Of a stretch of 64,000 nucleotides of DNA, positions 38,085-49,500 are shown one piece after another. Each line of letters starts with the position of its first letter. Position 1 is the stretch's first letter. Source of the stretch: a bacterium (GTDB lineage: Bacteria > Patescibacteriota > Dojkabacteria > B142 > OLB20); assembly GCA_021463645.1 (NCBI GenBank), contig JAJTYI010000009.1, positions 93,343 to 157,342 of the forward strand, written 5' to 3'. The position numbers and the translations under genes are program-made. Below the pieces are notes generated by a model. That model saw only the letters and a program-made list of their open reading frames with translations, was not told where the DNA came from and did not search any database.

Positions 38085-38810
38085 TTATTGAACTAGATTA
38101 TATTTTTTGAATAAAACAACAAATATTAAAATACTTATAATTACCGGGATATACATACCAAGCTTAATACTCAGAAAAGTCCAAAGTAGTAGATTTCCTA
38201 AGTAAATCATAATTAGATATTTGTTTTCTAGTGTTCGTTTTCCAAGAAAGAAAAATACAACTAATGAAGAGACAATGGCAGAAAAAATCCAACCCATAAA
38301 ATTTAAGAATGGCACATCGTAATACATTCCAGGTTTTTCCCAAATCCAGAATCCTAATCCAGTTGCAACAGGATCAAAAACTAAATCCAAAAGAAGAAGT
38401 AATATTACTGTGTAAATAATCTTATATATCCTATTTTTTGTGATGAATTCACTTAATGAGTATGCACTAATCACAAGAGACGGCCAAATTAAAAAAACTG
38501 TATATGGAACAATATCTGCTATCTTATAACCCATCAAGTCCGAATAACTAAATCGCGAGTATGGAAATCCAGTTTTAATACTAAGAGTTTCAATAAGTAA
38601 TCCGTAAATTCCTACTATCATGAAAACAGTTACCGCTGTTCTTAGGTTAGAAGATTTGTATAAGATGTAAAATCCTATACATCCTAATGCTAGTAAAATA
38701 ATTTGTAACATTAGCGGAAATAGGGCGAAGTCCTTGGTAAGATAAATCAAAGGAGCACTTATTACGTTTACAATTAAAACAGCCTTAATTTCATTTAGAG
38801 AAACTTTCAT
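38085..38810 (-). CDS. cruF: Polytopic membrane protein, putative carotenoid hydratase (CruF/Caroten_synth-like)
   Basis: ~7 TM helices and the size of the family. The position between a UbiA-type elongase gene and crtI mirrors crtD-lyeJ-cruF clusters. The assignment is mainly contextual. Confidence 0.5.
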   Translation of the reverse strand: MKVSLNEIKAVLIVNVISAPLIYLTKDFALFPLMLQIILLALGCIGFYILYKSSNLRTAVTVFMIVGIYGLLIETLSIKTGFPYSRFSYSDLMGYKIADIVPYTVFLIWPSLVISAYSLSEFITKNRIYKIIYTVILLLLLDLVFDPVATGLGFWIWEKPGMYYDVPFLNFMGWIFSAIVSSLVVFFFLGKRTLENKYLIMIYLGNLLLWTFLSIKLGMYIPVIISILIFVVLFKKYNLVQ

Positions 38811-39664
38811 TTATAGAGATTGATTACAAATATAATTGAAAATATAAAGCCTACAATAAAATTTATATAAGGGAAAAACCAATATGTTTTATTAATATCA
38901 AATTTCTTGAGATTTAAATTTAACAAAGGGAGAGCAGGGTAAACAAGTAAGATTAATGTGAAAGGAAACAAATACCCTGTATTTAAAATCCATAGAAATG
39001 CTACTAACCATAAAATATTACAAACTACGAGTGAAACATTTTTCCCTAAAAGAATTGCAGTGGTTTTAAGTCCTGCCTTCTTGTCTGCTTCGATGTCGGG
39101 GATTGCAGAATATAGGTGCATGGCGACTGGAAAGATAAACAATATTGGGAGAATTTGTAAATTTGGAAGGGTAGGGGTATTAATCAAAAAACCAATAATT
39201 CCAGGGAATGCATAGAAAATATTACTCAGTGAATCGATAAACGGTCTTTTCTTGAATCTTGCAGGTGGAAGACTATATGATCCACCTAATATCATAAAGA
39301 GAATCAACCATATTGAGATTTGCGGAATAGCATACGAGATTAATAAGGATAGAATAACAACTACAATTACTCCGTATAAAAGATACTTCTTATGTGATGC
39401 TTCTAATAAATTTTCTTGCATACCTTTTTTAGGATTAAACTTATCAGTATCTTCATCAGCTAAATCGTTTACTCCATATACAAATAGGTTGGCAGGAAAA
39501 ATAAAAAACAATAGGAGAATAATAAATCTCCAATCTAGTAATGCTGTTGGATCTGGTTCTTGTAGTCCTGCAAAGAATCCAAATAAAAATGTCCCAAATA
39601 AATACGACCAAAATTTCGGTCTAGAAGTTTTATAAAAAAATCTGATTAAGTTATTTTTTCTCAT
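38807..39664 (-). CDS. lyeJ: UbiA-family prenyltransferase, lycopene elongase (LyeJ/CrtEb)-like
   Basis: N-terminal TSRPKFWSY, Asp-rich motifs NDLADEDTDKFNPKK and IPDIEADKKAGLKT, ~8 TM helices. Flanked by carotenoid genes. Confidence 0.65.
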   Translation of the reverse strand: MRKNNLIRFFYKTSRPKFWSYLFGTFLFGFFAGLQEPDPTALLDWRFIILLLFFIFPANLFVYGVNDLADEDTDKFNPKKGMQENLLEASHKKYLLYGVIVVVILSLLISYAIPQISIWLILFMILGGSYSLPPARFKKRPFIDSLSNIFYAFPGIIGFLINTPTLPNLQILPILFIFPVAMHLYSAIPDIEADKKAGLKTTAILLGKNVSLVVCNILWLVAFLWILNTGYLFPFTLILLVYPALPLLNLNLKKFDINKTYWFFPYINFIVGFIFSIIFVINLYK

Positions 39665-41150
39665 TTAATTCGTCGGAAATTTTATCAGATAAAATTCGTG
39701 CTGAAGCAACACAAGCGGATAAACCAGAGCCTGGATGAACATATTGACCTGTATAGTATAGATTATCCAACTTCTTGCTTTTATAACCCACTCTTAAGAA
39801 TCCTGTTTGTTTGAGATTGTTTGCTAAACCAAGAGCAGTACCTTTATAAGCATGGAAATCCTGTTTAAAATCGTTAACAGTAAAAATCTTTTTGTAGATT
39901 ATGTCATATTTAATTTCTTCCCCGATTACACCTTCAAAGTGCCTAATAATTTTATCGAAATATGTAATTCTCAAATTGTCATTATCCTCTACACCAGCGG
40001 GGATAGGAACTGTAAAGAATAAGTTTTCACTATTTGAAGGTGCGACAGTAGGGTCAGTTTTGCTCGGAGCACATACATAATATGCTGGCTTCTGTGGCCA
40101 AATATTAGTATCACTGAATCCTTTGAAATGCTCCTTCCAATCTCTATCTAGAAACAAATTGTGGTGTTGAAGATTTTTCAGTTTTTTATTAACACCTAAA
40201 TATACTATAAATGCTGAAGCACCAATTTTCTTGCTTGACCAGTATTTTTCATCGTATGTTTGATATTTTTTATCCAGAATTTCAAGTTCTGTGTGAGCAT
40301 AGTCTCCATTCATAACAACTAAATCTGTAGATTCCTTTTGTCCGCCACTACTTATAACCGAAGTAATATTTTTGTCCGAATAATTGAACCCAGATACGTC
40401 AAAATTAAATTTATACTCTACTCCTAATTTCTTGCTCAATTTATAGATAGACGTGAAGAGCTTTCCTATACCACCTTTGGGGTAATACACTCCTTTCTTG
40501 TAATCAGCATATGACATCATTGCGTATAACCCAGGAGCATCCTCAGGATGCGAACCAAGTAAAGCCACGCCATATTGAATAATTCTTTTTAATTCCTCAG
40601 TTTTAAAATATCTTGAGCAGAGCTTCTCATAGTTAGAGAACAAATCACTTGCTGAAATCCCTTTGAATTCCTTTAACAGGGATCTGTCCATCAGAACTTT
40701 GCGTGAGGTCAAGTCTTTATAGAAAAGTTTTCCGACAAGTACTTTATATAATTTCTCTGATTTTTCTAGATACTTTCTAAAATTCTCTCCAGAACCAGGC
40801 TCAATGTCCTCAAATATTTTTATATTTTCTTCGATATCTGTACTTATATCTACAACTTTACCTTTTGGTAAAAAAACTCTGTATGATGGGTCCAGCTTCA
40901 CAAGTTCTAGATAATCATTGATATCTGCATCGAAGAGTTTAAAGAAATCGTCAAAAACCTCAGGTAATAAATACCAAGATGGTCCCATATCAAAGATGAA
41001 GTCATTAGCTTTTAAGACTCTTCCTCTTCCACCATAAATTGAATTTTTCTCAACAACCGTTACGTCATATTTGTCTTTTGCTAGCAAACAAGCGATGGAC
41101 ATGCCTGAAATGCCTGCACCGACGACAATAGCTTTTTGTTTCTTTTTCAA
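39651..41150 (-). CDS. crtD: CrtI-family carotenoid desaturase (CrtD-like 3,4-desaturase)
   Basis: FAD fold AIVVGAGISGMSIACLLAK...VVEKNSIYGGRG and C-terminal LYYTGQYVHPGSGLSA. Second CrtI paralog in the cluster. Confidence 0.75.
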   Translation of the reverse strand: MKKKQKAIVVGAGISGMSIACLLAKDKYDVTVVEKNSIYGGRGRVLKANDFIFDMGPSWYLLPEVFDDFFKLFDADINDYLELVKLDPSYRVFLPKGKVVDISTDIEENIKIFEDIEPGSGENFRKYLEKSEKLYKVLVGKLFYKDLTSRKVLMDRSLLKEFKGISASDLFSNYEKLCSRYFKTEELKRIIQYGVALLGSHPEDAPGLYAMMSYADYKKGVYYPKGGIGKLFTSIYKLSKKLGVEYKFNFDVSGFNYSDKNITSVISSGGQKESTDLVVMNGDYAHTELEILDKKYQTYDEKYWSSKKIGASAFIVYLGVNKKLKNLQHHNLFLDRDWKEHFKGFSDTNIWPQKPAYYVCAPSKTDPTVAPSNSENLFFTVPIPAGVEDNDNLRITYFDKIIRHFEGVIGEEIKYDIIYKKIFTVNDFKQDFHAYKGTALGLANNLKQTGFLRVGYKSKKLDNLYYTGQYVHPGSGLSACVASARILSDKISDELNEKK

Positions 41151-41200
41151 TACGTGATAAAATAATCCAATAGAGTATTTTAACTGTTTTAGATATTATA

Positions 41201-42901
41201 GTGAAGACAAATTACGAAGAAGTGAGAAAGGAAAACACCCCCCCACATGTAAAATTATGCACACTCTCAGGAAATAGCGAAGTAGGTAGAAATTGTTCTT
41301 TCATTGAAGATCGACAAAATATAATCGTGATTGATGCGGGGTTGTCGTTCCCCGAACAAGAGCTTTTTGGAATTGATTACCTAATCCCAAATCTCGAATA
41401 TTTGAGTAAAAACAAACACAAAGTTCGAGCTATTTTCATAACCCACGGACACTTAGACCACATCGGAGCATTACCATTCATATTACCTCTTTTGGGATAC
41501 CCCAAAGTCTATGCTGGTAGTTTTGCAAGTGAATTAATCAAACAAAAACTTAAAGAATACAAAATACTTGATAAAACGAGACTTATAGTAGTCAAAAGAA
41601 ATACCGAAATTCAAATTGGAAGGATGAAGGTGACCTTCATCGGTGTTACCCATAGTATTCCTCATGCATTCTCGATTTTTGTCGAAACATTAGCAGGAAA
41701 TATTTTTTTCTCAGGAGACTTTAAGATTGACGAAACCCCAGCTAATGAGCAACAAACAGATTATCAAAAACTTAGAAGTCTACAAGGCAGGATAGACCTA
41801 GCTCTAATAGAAAGTACAAATTCTAGTTCGGCTGGCAAATCCACTTCAGAGACAGAGGTATCAGAAACCATCGAAGAATTACTTCGTAGTGCATCTGGGC
41901 GAGTAATCGTTGCTTCATTTGCATCTCAAGTCTCTAGGTTGTATGTAGTTAGCAAAACAGCCTCTAAGCTCGATAAGAAAGTATTACTTTTGGGCAGAAG
42001 CTTGAAAGATGCATTCAGAATAGCGAAAGAGCTTAAGTATATTGACCTTCCAGAATCATTATTTATCACTCATAATGACCTGAGTAAATATCCTGACAAT
42101 AAGATTGTGATTCTGTGCACTGGTAGTCAGGGGGAGCAATTCGGTGCTTTAAGTCTATTATCAAAAGGTGAGAATCGGTTTGTGAAAATCAAAGCTGGTG
42201 ATAGAGTCATTTTATCTTCTTCTGAAATCCCTGGAAACGAATATAAAATAGGTCGAATGACTGACAGACTTGTTAAATTGGGTGTCGAGTTGATTACTAA
42301 TAAATTAGATACTGTTCATGCCACTGGTCATGGACTACAAGAAGATGTAAAAACAATGTTTGAGATGATTAGACCAAAAAATATCATGCCTATACACGGG
42401 ACATTAACAATGCGCTACTTCAATAAACGTAACTTTATTGGATGGGGTATGAAAAGTGATTCTATCCACCTCACAGATGATGGACAAGTATGGGAAGTAA
42501 GTAAAAACCTCATAAGACGAGGAAAAGCAATACAATCAAAGCCAGTAATGATTGATGCAATGGGTATTAGTGATTTAGGCGAAGTAGTACTTAGAGATAG
42601 GGAAGTTCTGGCAGAATATGGAATGATTTGTATGGTTATAAACCTGAGCCATAAAACTAAAAAAATAATTGGAAGGATTAGATTCGCCTCGCGAGGCTTC
42701 ATTTATATGAACAAGTCTGAGGAGCTCTTAAAGGAAATTGAAAATGAAATTTATTCAGTTCATAATGGATGGTTGGAAGATTCTAGAAAGAACAATAAAC
42801 TAGAAATTAACAAATTCAAAGAAGCACTGTCAAAACACATCTCAAAATTCCTTTACAAGAAGACCAAACGTGAACCGTTAATTATGATAGTCATAATTTA
42901 A
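41201..42901 (+). CDS. rnj: Ribonuclease J
   Basis: Metallo-beta-lactamase motif ITHGHLDHIGALPF, beta-CASP region, C-terminal domain. GTG start. Confidence 0.88.
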   Translation: MKTNYEEVRKENTPPHVKLCTLSGNSEVGRNCSFIEDRQNIIVIDAGLSFPEQELFGIDYLIPNLEYLSKNKHKVRAIFITHGHLDHIGALPFILPLLGYPKVYAGSFASELIKQKLKEYKILDKTRLIVVKRNTEIQIGRMKVTFIGVTHSIPHAFSIFVETLAGNIFFSGDFKIDETPANEQQTDYQKLRSLQGRIDLALIESTNSSSAGKSTSETEVSETIEELLRSASGRVIVASFASQVSRLYVVSKTASKLDKKVLLLGRSLKDAFRIAKELKYIDLPESLFITHNDLSKYPDNKIVILCTGSQGEQFGALSLLSKGENRFVKIKAGDRVILSSSEIPGNEYKIGRMTDRLVKLGVELITNKLDTVHATGHGLQEDVKTMFEMIRPKNIMPIHGTLTMRYFNKRNFIGWGMKSDSIHLTDDGQVWEVSKNLIRRGKAIQSKPVMIDAMGISDLGEVVLRDREVLAEYGMICMVINLSHKTKKIIGRIRFASRGFIYMNKSEELLKEIENEIYSVHNGWLEDSRKNNKLEINKFKEALSKHISKFLYKKTKREPLIMIVII

Positions 42902-43510
42902 TCAGTGACCGCCTAGAAAGCACTTTGACGTATCATGTCTCTTTGCTGTGCAATAATATCTCCCATAAAGAACCAGACTTTGACTTAGAAATCCCCACTT
43001 ATCTCTAGGGAATAATTCCATCAAGTCTTTTTCGATTTTGTCAGGGTTAGAATTATTAGTTAATCCCAATAATCTGGATATTCTAATCACGTGTGTATCA
43101 ACTGCTATCCCTTCATTTTTACCAAAAGCATTATATAGGACTACATTTGCAGTTTTTCTTGCTACTCCAGGGAGTTTTATTAATTCTCGCATTTCATCTG
43201 GTACTTTCCCATCAAATTCTTCAACAATTTTTTTAGCCGTAGCAATTATTTTCTTTGTTTTTTGGTTATAAAAACCTGTAGAAAATATAATCTTAGCAAC
43301 TTCATCTTGACTTGCTTCACTCATCTCTCTGGGGGTAGGGAAGCGTCCAAATAGAACAGGTGTGACTTTATTAACTCTAGCGTCTGTACATTGTGCAGAT
43401 AGAATTGTCGCTACTAATAATTGGAAGGGATCTTTGAAATCAAGCTCAGACTTTGCATCAGGAAATTTTTCCTCTAACTTATCCAATACGCCGTTAATAT
43501 TAATCACCAT
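42902..43510 (-). CDS. nth: Endonuclease III-like HhH-GPD DNA glycosylase, lacking the complete Fe-S cluster loop
   Basis: DPFQLLVATILSAQCTDARVNKVT and the HhH LPGVARKTANVV...DTHV match Nth. The C-terminus ends YYCTAKRHDTSKCFLGGH with only 2 of the 4 cluster Cys. Confidence 0.8.
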   Translation of the reverse strand: MVININGVLDKLEEKFPDAKSELDFKDPFQLLVATILSAQCTDARVNKVTPVLFGRFPTPREMSEASQDEVAKIIFSTGFYNQKTKKIIATAKKIVEEFDGKVPDEMRELIKLPGVARKTANVVLYNAFGKNEGIAVDTHVIRISRLLGLTNNSNPDKIEKDLMELFPRDKWGFLSQSLVLYGRYYCTAKRHDTSKCFLGGH

Positions 43511-46500
43511 ATCTGATAGTAATGGAGTTTAGTGCAGGCGATTGTAATTGATCTGATTCTATCAACAACCTGTATTGTATAAATTGTTTCCCTTGAATTA
43601 CTTTAGGTAATACGTAACCTTCGTTTGTACCGCTAAGAGTAAAGAACGTTCCTCTGGTGCCATCTGGACCATACCATTCTTCGTTTGAGAGGTTGCTAGA
43701 ACTACCCGATCTAATCTGAATCTTTATTTCACCACCATTTTTAGCTTCATCCCATACGATTGAATGATAATATTTTACAGGAGTTCCCATATCTTTTACT
43801 TCTGATAAATATTCCCCATATTTAGCATAACCACTAGGTAATGCTTCACCTTGCATCAAGGTAAGTTCTTCATTTGTGGAATCGGAAGTGATATAGACAT
43901 ACTCAGAACCTACACCGTTCTTCGCGATTTTAATGTCAGTGGCTTTAATATTAGTTCCAATACTATATGAACACTGGAGTCCATCAATAATATTGTATAC
44001 ATGATATTGATTAGTCGCAGAATATCCGGCAGTAGCGAAGTTATTATTATCTAATCCAACTATTCCTAATGGCGACATATTCACAGAATTAATACCAGTA
44101 ACGAGATCAAGTGAATTATCTATTAAAATATCAAATGAGTAGATGTCTGGGATATGTTCTGTTCCATCAGCGGCGACATAAAACCTTGGAAGTATACTTG
44201 TTGTCGTATCCAAATCTAATCCTTTTCCACTTACTACTCCATCAAAACCAGTTAATCCAAATTCTGAGGTGCTAAGTAGAGTAGTACATGCAAGCTGACC
44301 GCATTCAGTTGCTGTTGCACTAATATATTTATGTCCTGGTGGAAGCGTTAAACCAGTAATTACTTTAGGTGTGATACTGAAATTGTATGTCGGACTTCCT
44401 GCTCTACTGATTTCAGTGTGGATATGATTTGCACCTTCTCCAAAACCTGTATCATCACTGGAGGCGCTCGAGTAGAAATCTAGTCGATAATACTTCCCAC
44501 TTTCACTCTGGAAACCTCCATAAACTGATAATGTTGTCCCCACATATGTCGCTTTCGTCAACACAGGGAAATTCTGTAAATTATTTGGACCATCTCCTGC
44601 TAATGTCGAATCAGTATCACCTTTATCATTGAAACTCACTTTGTCACCAGTTGATGTTCTAAGATTGATTCCCATACCGGTGTTGTCATAAATACTATTT
44701 TCAATAATCGTATTATTTTCTGAGCTATTATTACCGACAATTGAGATTCCATCACTAGCATTGTTTCTAATAGTATTTTCTCGAATAAGTGAATTTTTTG
44801 TTCCAGAAAGATAAACGCCATAACTTGAATTTCTTGCAATTATGTTTCCGTCTGCAGGGTTTGTTCCTCCTATGACATTGTTCGTTGCAACTGGAGAGAT
44901 AAATTGTATTCCATATTTATTACCTAGATTGGCATCAGATGAATTCGTACCGATGTAATTGGATTTTATGGAGATTCCTGAGATTGGTGAACCATATCCA
45001 TAAATTCCAGCACCTCTAACTGCTCCAATTATTATGTTGTTCGTTACAGTTGCAGTTGAGAAGGTGGACCCATTACTTGAGAATAATACTACTCCATAAG
45101 TAGAATCCATTAACTTTGCATTTCCAGCTCTATTGATTCCGATGTAGTTATTATCGACTGTAATTCCTGAAATTGCACCAGTCGTAGTACTTAAGGAATA
45201 AATTCCAGAATTCACAGCAACAATCTGATTATAAGATATGTTGAGATTTGAAACCTTAGTAACTTTAATTCCATCGTAATTAGTAACTTGATTTGCGCCA
45301 GTTTTATCCACCCCGATGTAATTAGCCTCAATGACATTGTCATTGCTTCCTGATGTACCTGCGATGTAGTTTATACCACTCGCACCATTACCTGATATTA
45401 CATTACATACACCTGTACAACTGGCAGGCAGACTATTTAAATCTGCATCTCCAATTTCTATGCTTGTTGAATTATCAATTTCAATACCTGCTGTCGTGTT
45501 TCCTCGTGAATACTCACCAGCCTTATTGGTACCAATATAATTTCCTTGAACTACGTTGGTATTCGAAGATTTGATTTGTAAACCAATATAATTACCACTT
45601 ATGATATTACCTTGACCTGCGGCAGAACCTCCGATAGTATTTCCAGTCGAAGTTGATTCTAAAGTAATACCGCTTTCACTATTGCCCACGATGGTAACAC
45701 CATCTTGAGCAAGTCCGATTATATTACATTGAACAGTTCCTCCTGTGCTTGATGTGTAGTTAATCCCCCTAGAGAATCCATGAATCACTAGACCTTTTAC
45801 TATGCCTCCTGTGGTACTGGAGAAAGACAGTCCTGGACTACTAAGGTTAGCACCTGCTAACACGACTCTTAAATCTTTTGTTGTGCAGTCTGAACCAGTT
45901 TGAGTTGTTCCATCAATCTGGAGTGAGTTTGTTATCGTAGGAAGAGCACTCGATAGACTGATGGTATGTGGTCCGGTCCCAGGAATATTAAAGATAATCT
46001 TGTCAGCATTGGTAGTAGAATTTGCTTCTTGTATCGCTGCCCTCAAAGTACATTTACCTGAAGCCGTATAACAATCTAAATCTCCGATATCAGCATCACT
46101 TTCATCTAGTGTTGAATTTACTACATATCTTCTTGCGTCAGGGTCCCCAAAAATTGTAAAATCATCAATCGCACCCATCGCAGGCTCAGTACCAGTATTA
46201 TGTAGATTTCCAATATAAAGAGTAGGGTTGCCAACCATATCACTAAATACAGTTCCTGTTTTTGTTGGTGTAGGTCTTTCGTTGTCCAAAAATAATTTCA
46301 AGTCATCAGGAGTACTTTTTGTTCTATCCCATTCAGCTCTAATCTTTGTCCAGTTTCCCAATTTCCAATATGATGACCAGTTTGCATATGGAATTTGAAT
46401 GCTCTTAGTCGAGGTGGCATGAGTATACTCTAACCAAAGAGGACTTGATCCACTTTGTTTATAAAGTCTGAATTGATTTGAGTCATCAACTCTAACATTG

Positions 46501-49500
46501 AATAAAGTAACATTCTGTGCGACTGACGAAGAAACATCAGGTTTATAATAAAATTCTATAGCTCCCATGTCTTTTTTGAAACTAACTGGGGGTGTTGAGT
46601 AGGGGATAGCCCCAACCGCTGCATATTCTGAACTTGCATCTATTTTCACACTATCTCCAGTAACTCCAGATACAAATGTCAAGTTTTGAGCAGTGACACC
46701 TTTCCCCACAACCGGAGTGGTTAATGCAGCAACATCATTCATTGTTGAGTACCATATAGGATCAGCGGAAGTCCTAGAAACGGGAGTTGGAGATGGAGTA
46801 GGTGTCAAACCTGCCCCGATACCCCAAATCTGAAATTCACTAATATTTCCTCTTGCTATAGCTGCGGCATTCGGGTAATAGTCCGAACTACCAATTGTTA
46901 ACATGATAGCATTTTCGAAATTGTAAGGATTCATAACTTGAACAGTAGTTTTCGTTGGTTCTACTGTTTCCCAACTAGTACCATTATGATAAGTAATAAA
47001 TAACTTAAGTTTTTCTGCTTCCGTGGGAGCGTAATAATCCCATTCAGCTGAAAATTTCATCCATTTATCAATAGTCCAGTAACTGCTATAATTTGTAGCT
47101 GAAATTCGAGTTCTTCTGTTATCGATGACACCAGTTCCACTACTATTACATTGTCCACCAGTACCAATACAACTGGCATCATAACTGAATTCTAAAATAT
47201 TATTATTTGCATTATTCTTTTTTACTAAACTTATGTTATCTGTCGATCTGGTCCTAAGTTTAAATAATGTCATATCATTATTTCTTGTATATGCAACCGC
47301 TGGTTTATACCAAAATTCGGCTCTACCTTGAAATTTGTCATAATCTTGCCCTTGGATATCTATTAGTATATTCGACTGGCTAGCATTAAAAACAGCTGCC
47401 GATCTAGCTTCTGGAAGTCCATCGGTTGCAAAAGTTACATTGTATACTGAAGTTGGTGTAGTGCCTATTACAGGTTGCCAAGCAGCTGTAGGATTTGATA
47501 ACGTCGAATACCATAATATGCTCATAGCAGGTACCGGAGTTGGGGTTGGACTAAGTGCAAGTACAGTTGGGGTAGGCATATTGACAGAGTAACCATATAT
47601 TCTAAAATCATCTATGCGACCTCTTGCAAATGAGTTGAGATAAGTAGGATCCCCAGCTATGTATAATGTAGAAACATCTGTGATTGGAGTAGCAACCGTG
47701 TTTAAATGTGTATGTTCAGGTTCTATAAGTGGTCCATTATTTGTACTCATAAATAGCCGTAGTTCATTATCTTGATCAAGTGCAGTATTATAATAGATAT
47801 CGAAAAAAATCCATTCTCCACCACTCCATGAAAACGCAGTGCTTGGAATTGTCATTAAATTATAATTAGTAGCACCGTGTGCAGTTGCATAATAATGCAA
47901 TTCTAGATTTAAACCTTTTTTCTTAAAAGTGATTCTATTTGTTGAATTCGAATATAATTGAAAATAGTTTCCGTTTTCATTATCTGTTGAAGCAAACTCC
48001 GGATTGAAATGAAAGCTTACTCTGCCACTAGTTTCATTAACCTCTGCATCAGAAACATTTGAAATGATTCTACTACCTGTACTTTTCCAATTGAACTTTA
48101 CAGCCTTATTGCTTGCGCCACCTGGCGAATATGGGGAACCAGCAAGAAAAACATAGCTTCCCGAAATTGTCCCTGCTGTACCTCTCACGGGATTTTGTAT
48201 TGCAGAAACACTATCGATTGTTGAGTACCATATAGGCGTAGGAGTTGCTGTAGGCGCTACACTCGGTGTAGGCGTAATTGTTGGTGTCAAAGTCGGAGAT
48301 GGTGTTGGCGTAATTGTAGGAGTTGGAATCACGGTTGTAGTGAACATTCTGTATTCATCAATACTACCCAATGCACTATAATCTCCATTTTCTGTTCTAT
48401 TTCCTACATATACTCGAAGAGGATTTGGCTCGGATGTAATATTATCTCCAAGAATTTTGAATTCTTGATTTGTATGAGTTGGTTGAACTCCATTTATATA
48501 AATTTTTAGCTGTTCTGCCAAACTCAACGATGGATTGTCGTTCCAGGTTATCCTAAAGAACATCCATTCTCCATCATTCCAATAAGAATCATAATTTGCT
48601 AGGGCTATAGTTTCTTCTCCACCACAAGATGTTTGACAATGGTAAGAAAAAGCGAGAGCATTGCCGTTGGCATTATCTCTTTTATATAGTCGAATCTCTT
48701 CGTTATCATTTTGCCTAATGCTGAATAGATTTATTTCTGCATTATGGTTTGCCTCGTATATCGGCCTATAATAGAATTCAACCGCACCTTCATTTAAAGA
48801 ATAGTGAATTCCTTGAGTTCCTTCGATGTAAAGACTTTTACCTGCACCATCAAAATAAAGAGCACTTTCATATTCTGCAGGACCATCTATAAATGAAGCT
48901 CCCGAGAATACCCCAGGAACATCCCCAATAGCAGGTGTAGTAACTGCTTCCATACTATCAAAAGTTGAATACCAACTAGCTTGTCCTGAATTCTGCCGAA
49001 AAACTGGTGTGGGAGCAGGAGTTCCAACTGGTGTTGCTTGAGGCTGTGCTACATCATGGTAAATCGTGAAGTCGTCTATCCTTCCGTTTGCTTCATTAGT
49101 ACCAGTAGGTGATGAATTTCCTATATAGATAAATGTAGGATTTAAGATAGAAGAAGGGTTAATTGAAGACGAATTTCGAGTCATTGGCAACTCGACTTCA
49201 TCAACAAGGATTAGAAGTTGTTCGTTGATCGGAGCATAAGCATTCCAATGAATAGTGAAATTGACCCAATCATCAGCCGCAAATGCGTAATCAGCTCCTG
49301 AAATTAAAACCTCTGCATCACCACAATATGCACATTTATATAGTAAAGATAAACTGTCATTGGCATCATTGAGCTTTTTAAATTCAATTTTGTTGTTTGC
49401 ATCACCAAATATACTAAAAAAAGTCATTTCCTTATTTGTCGTATGCGCCTCCAGTGGAGAATACATAAATTCTATAGTACCTTTATCTAATTTAACGTCT

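Noticed and set aside
44429-45574. Short ORFs on both strands inside the beta-helix region of the giant gene (44429..44632, 44636..44839, 45353..45574).
   Set aside because: These are out-of-frame or antisense products of a repetitive coding region. The 2319-aa frame is continuous and motif-rich.
48230-48340. Short tandemly repetitive DNA in the PT-linker regions (e.g. ggtgtaggcgtaattgt... in the giant ORF, and also 940-1070 and 10190-10400), considered as a CRISPR array or microsatellite.
   Set aside because: The repeats are in-frame codon repeats encoding (T/P/S)-P-T linkers inside long ORFs. There is no repeat-spacer periodicity and there are no cas genes.
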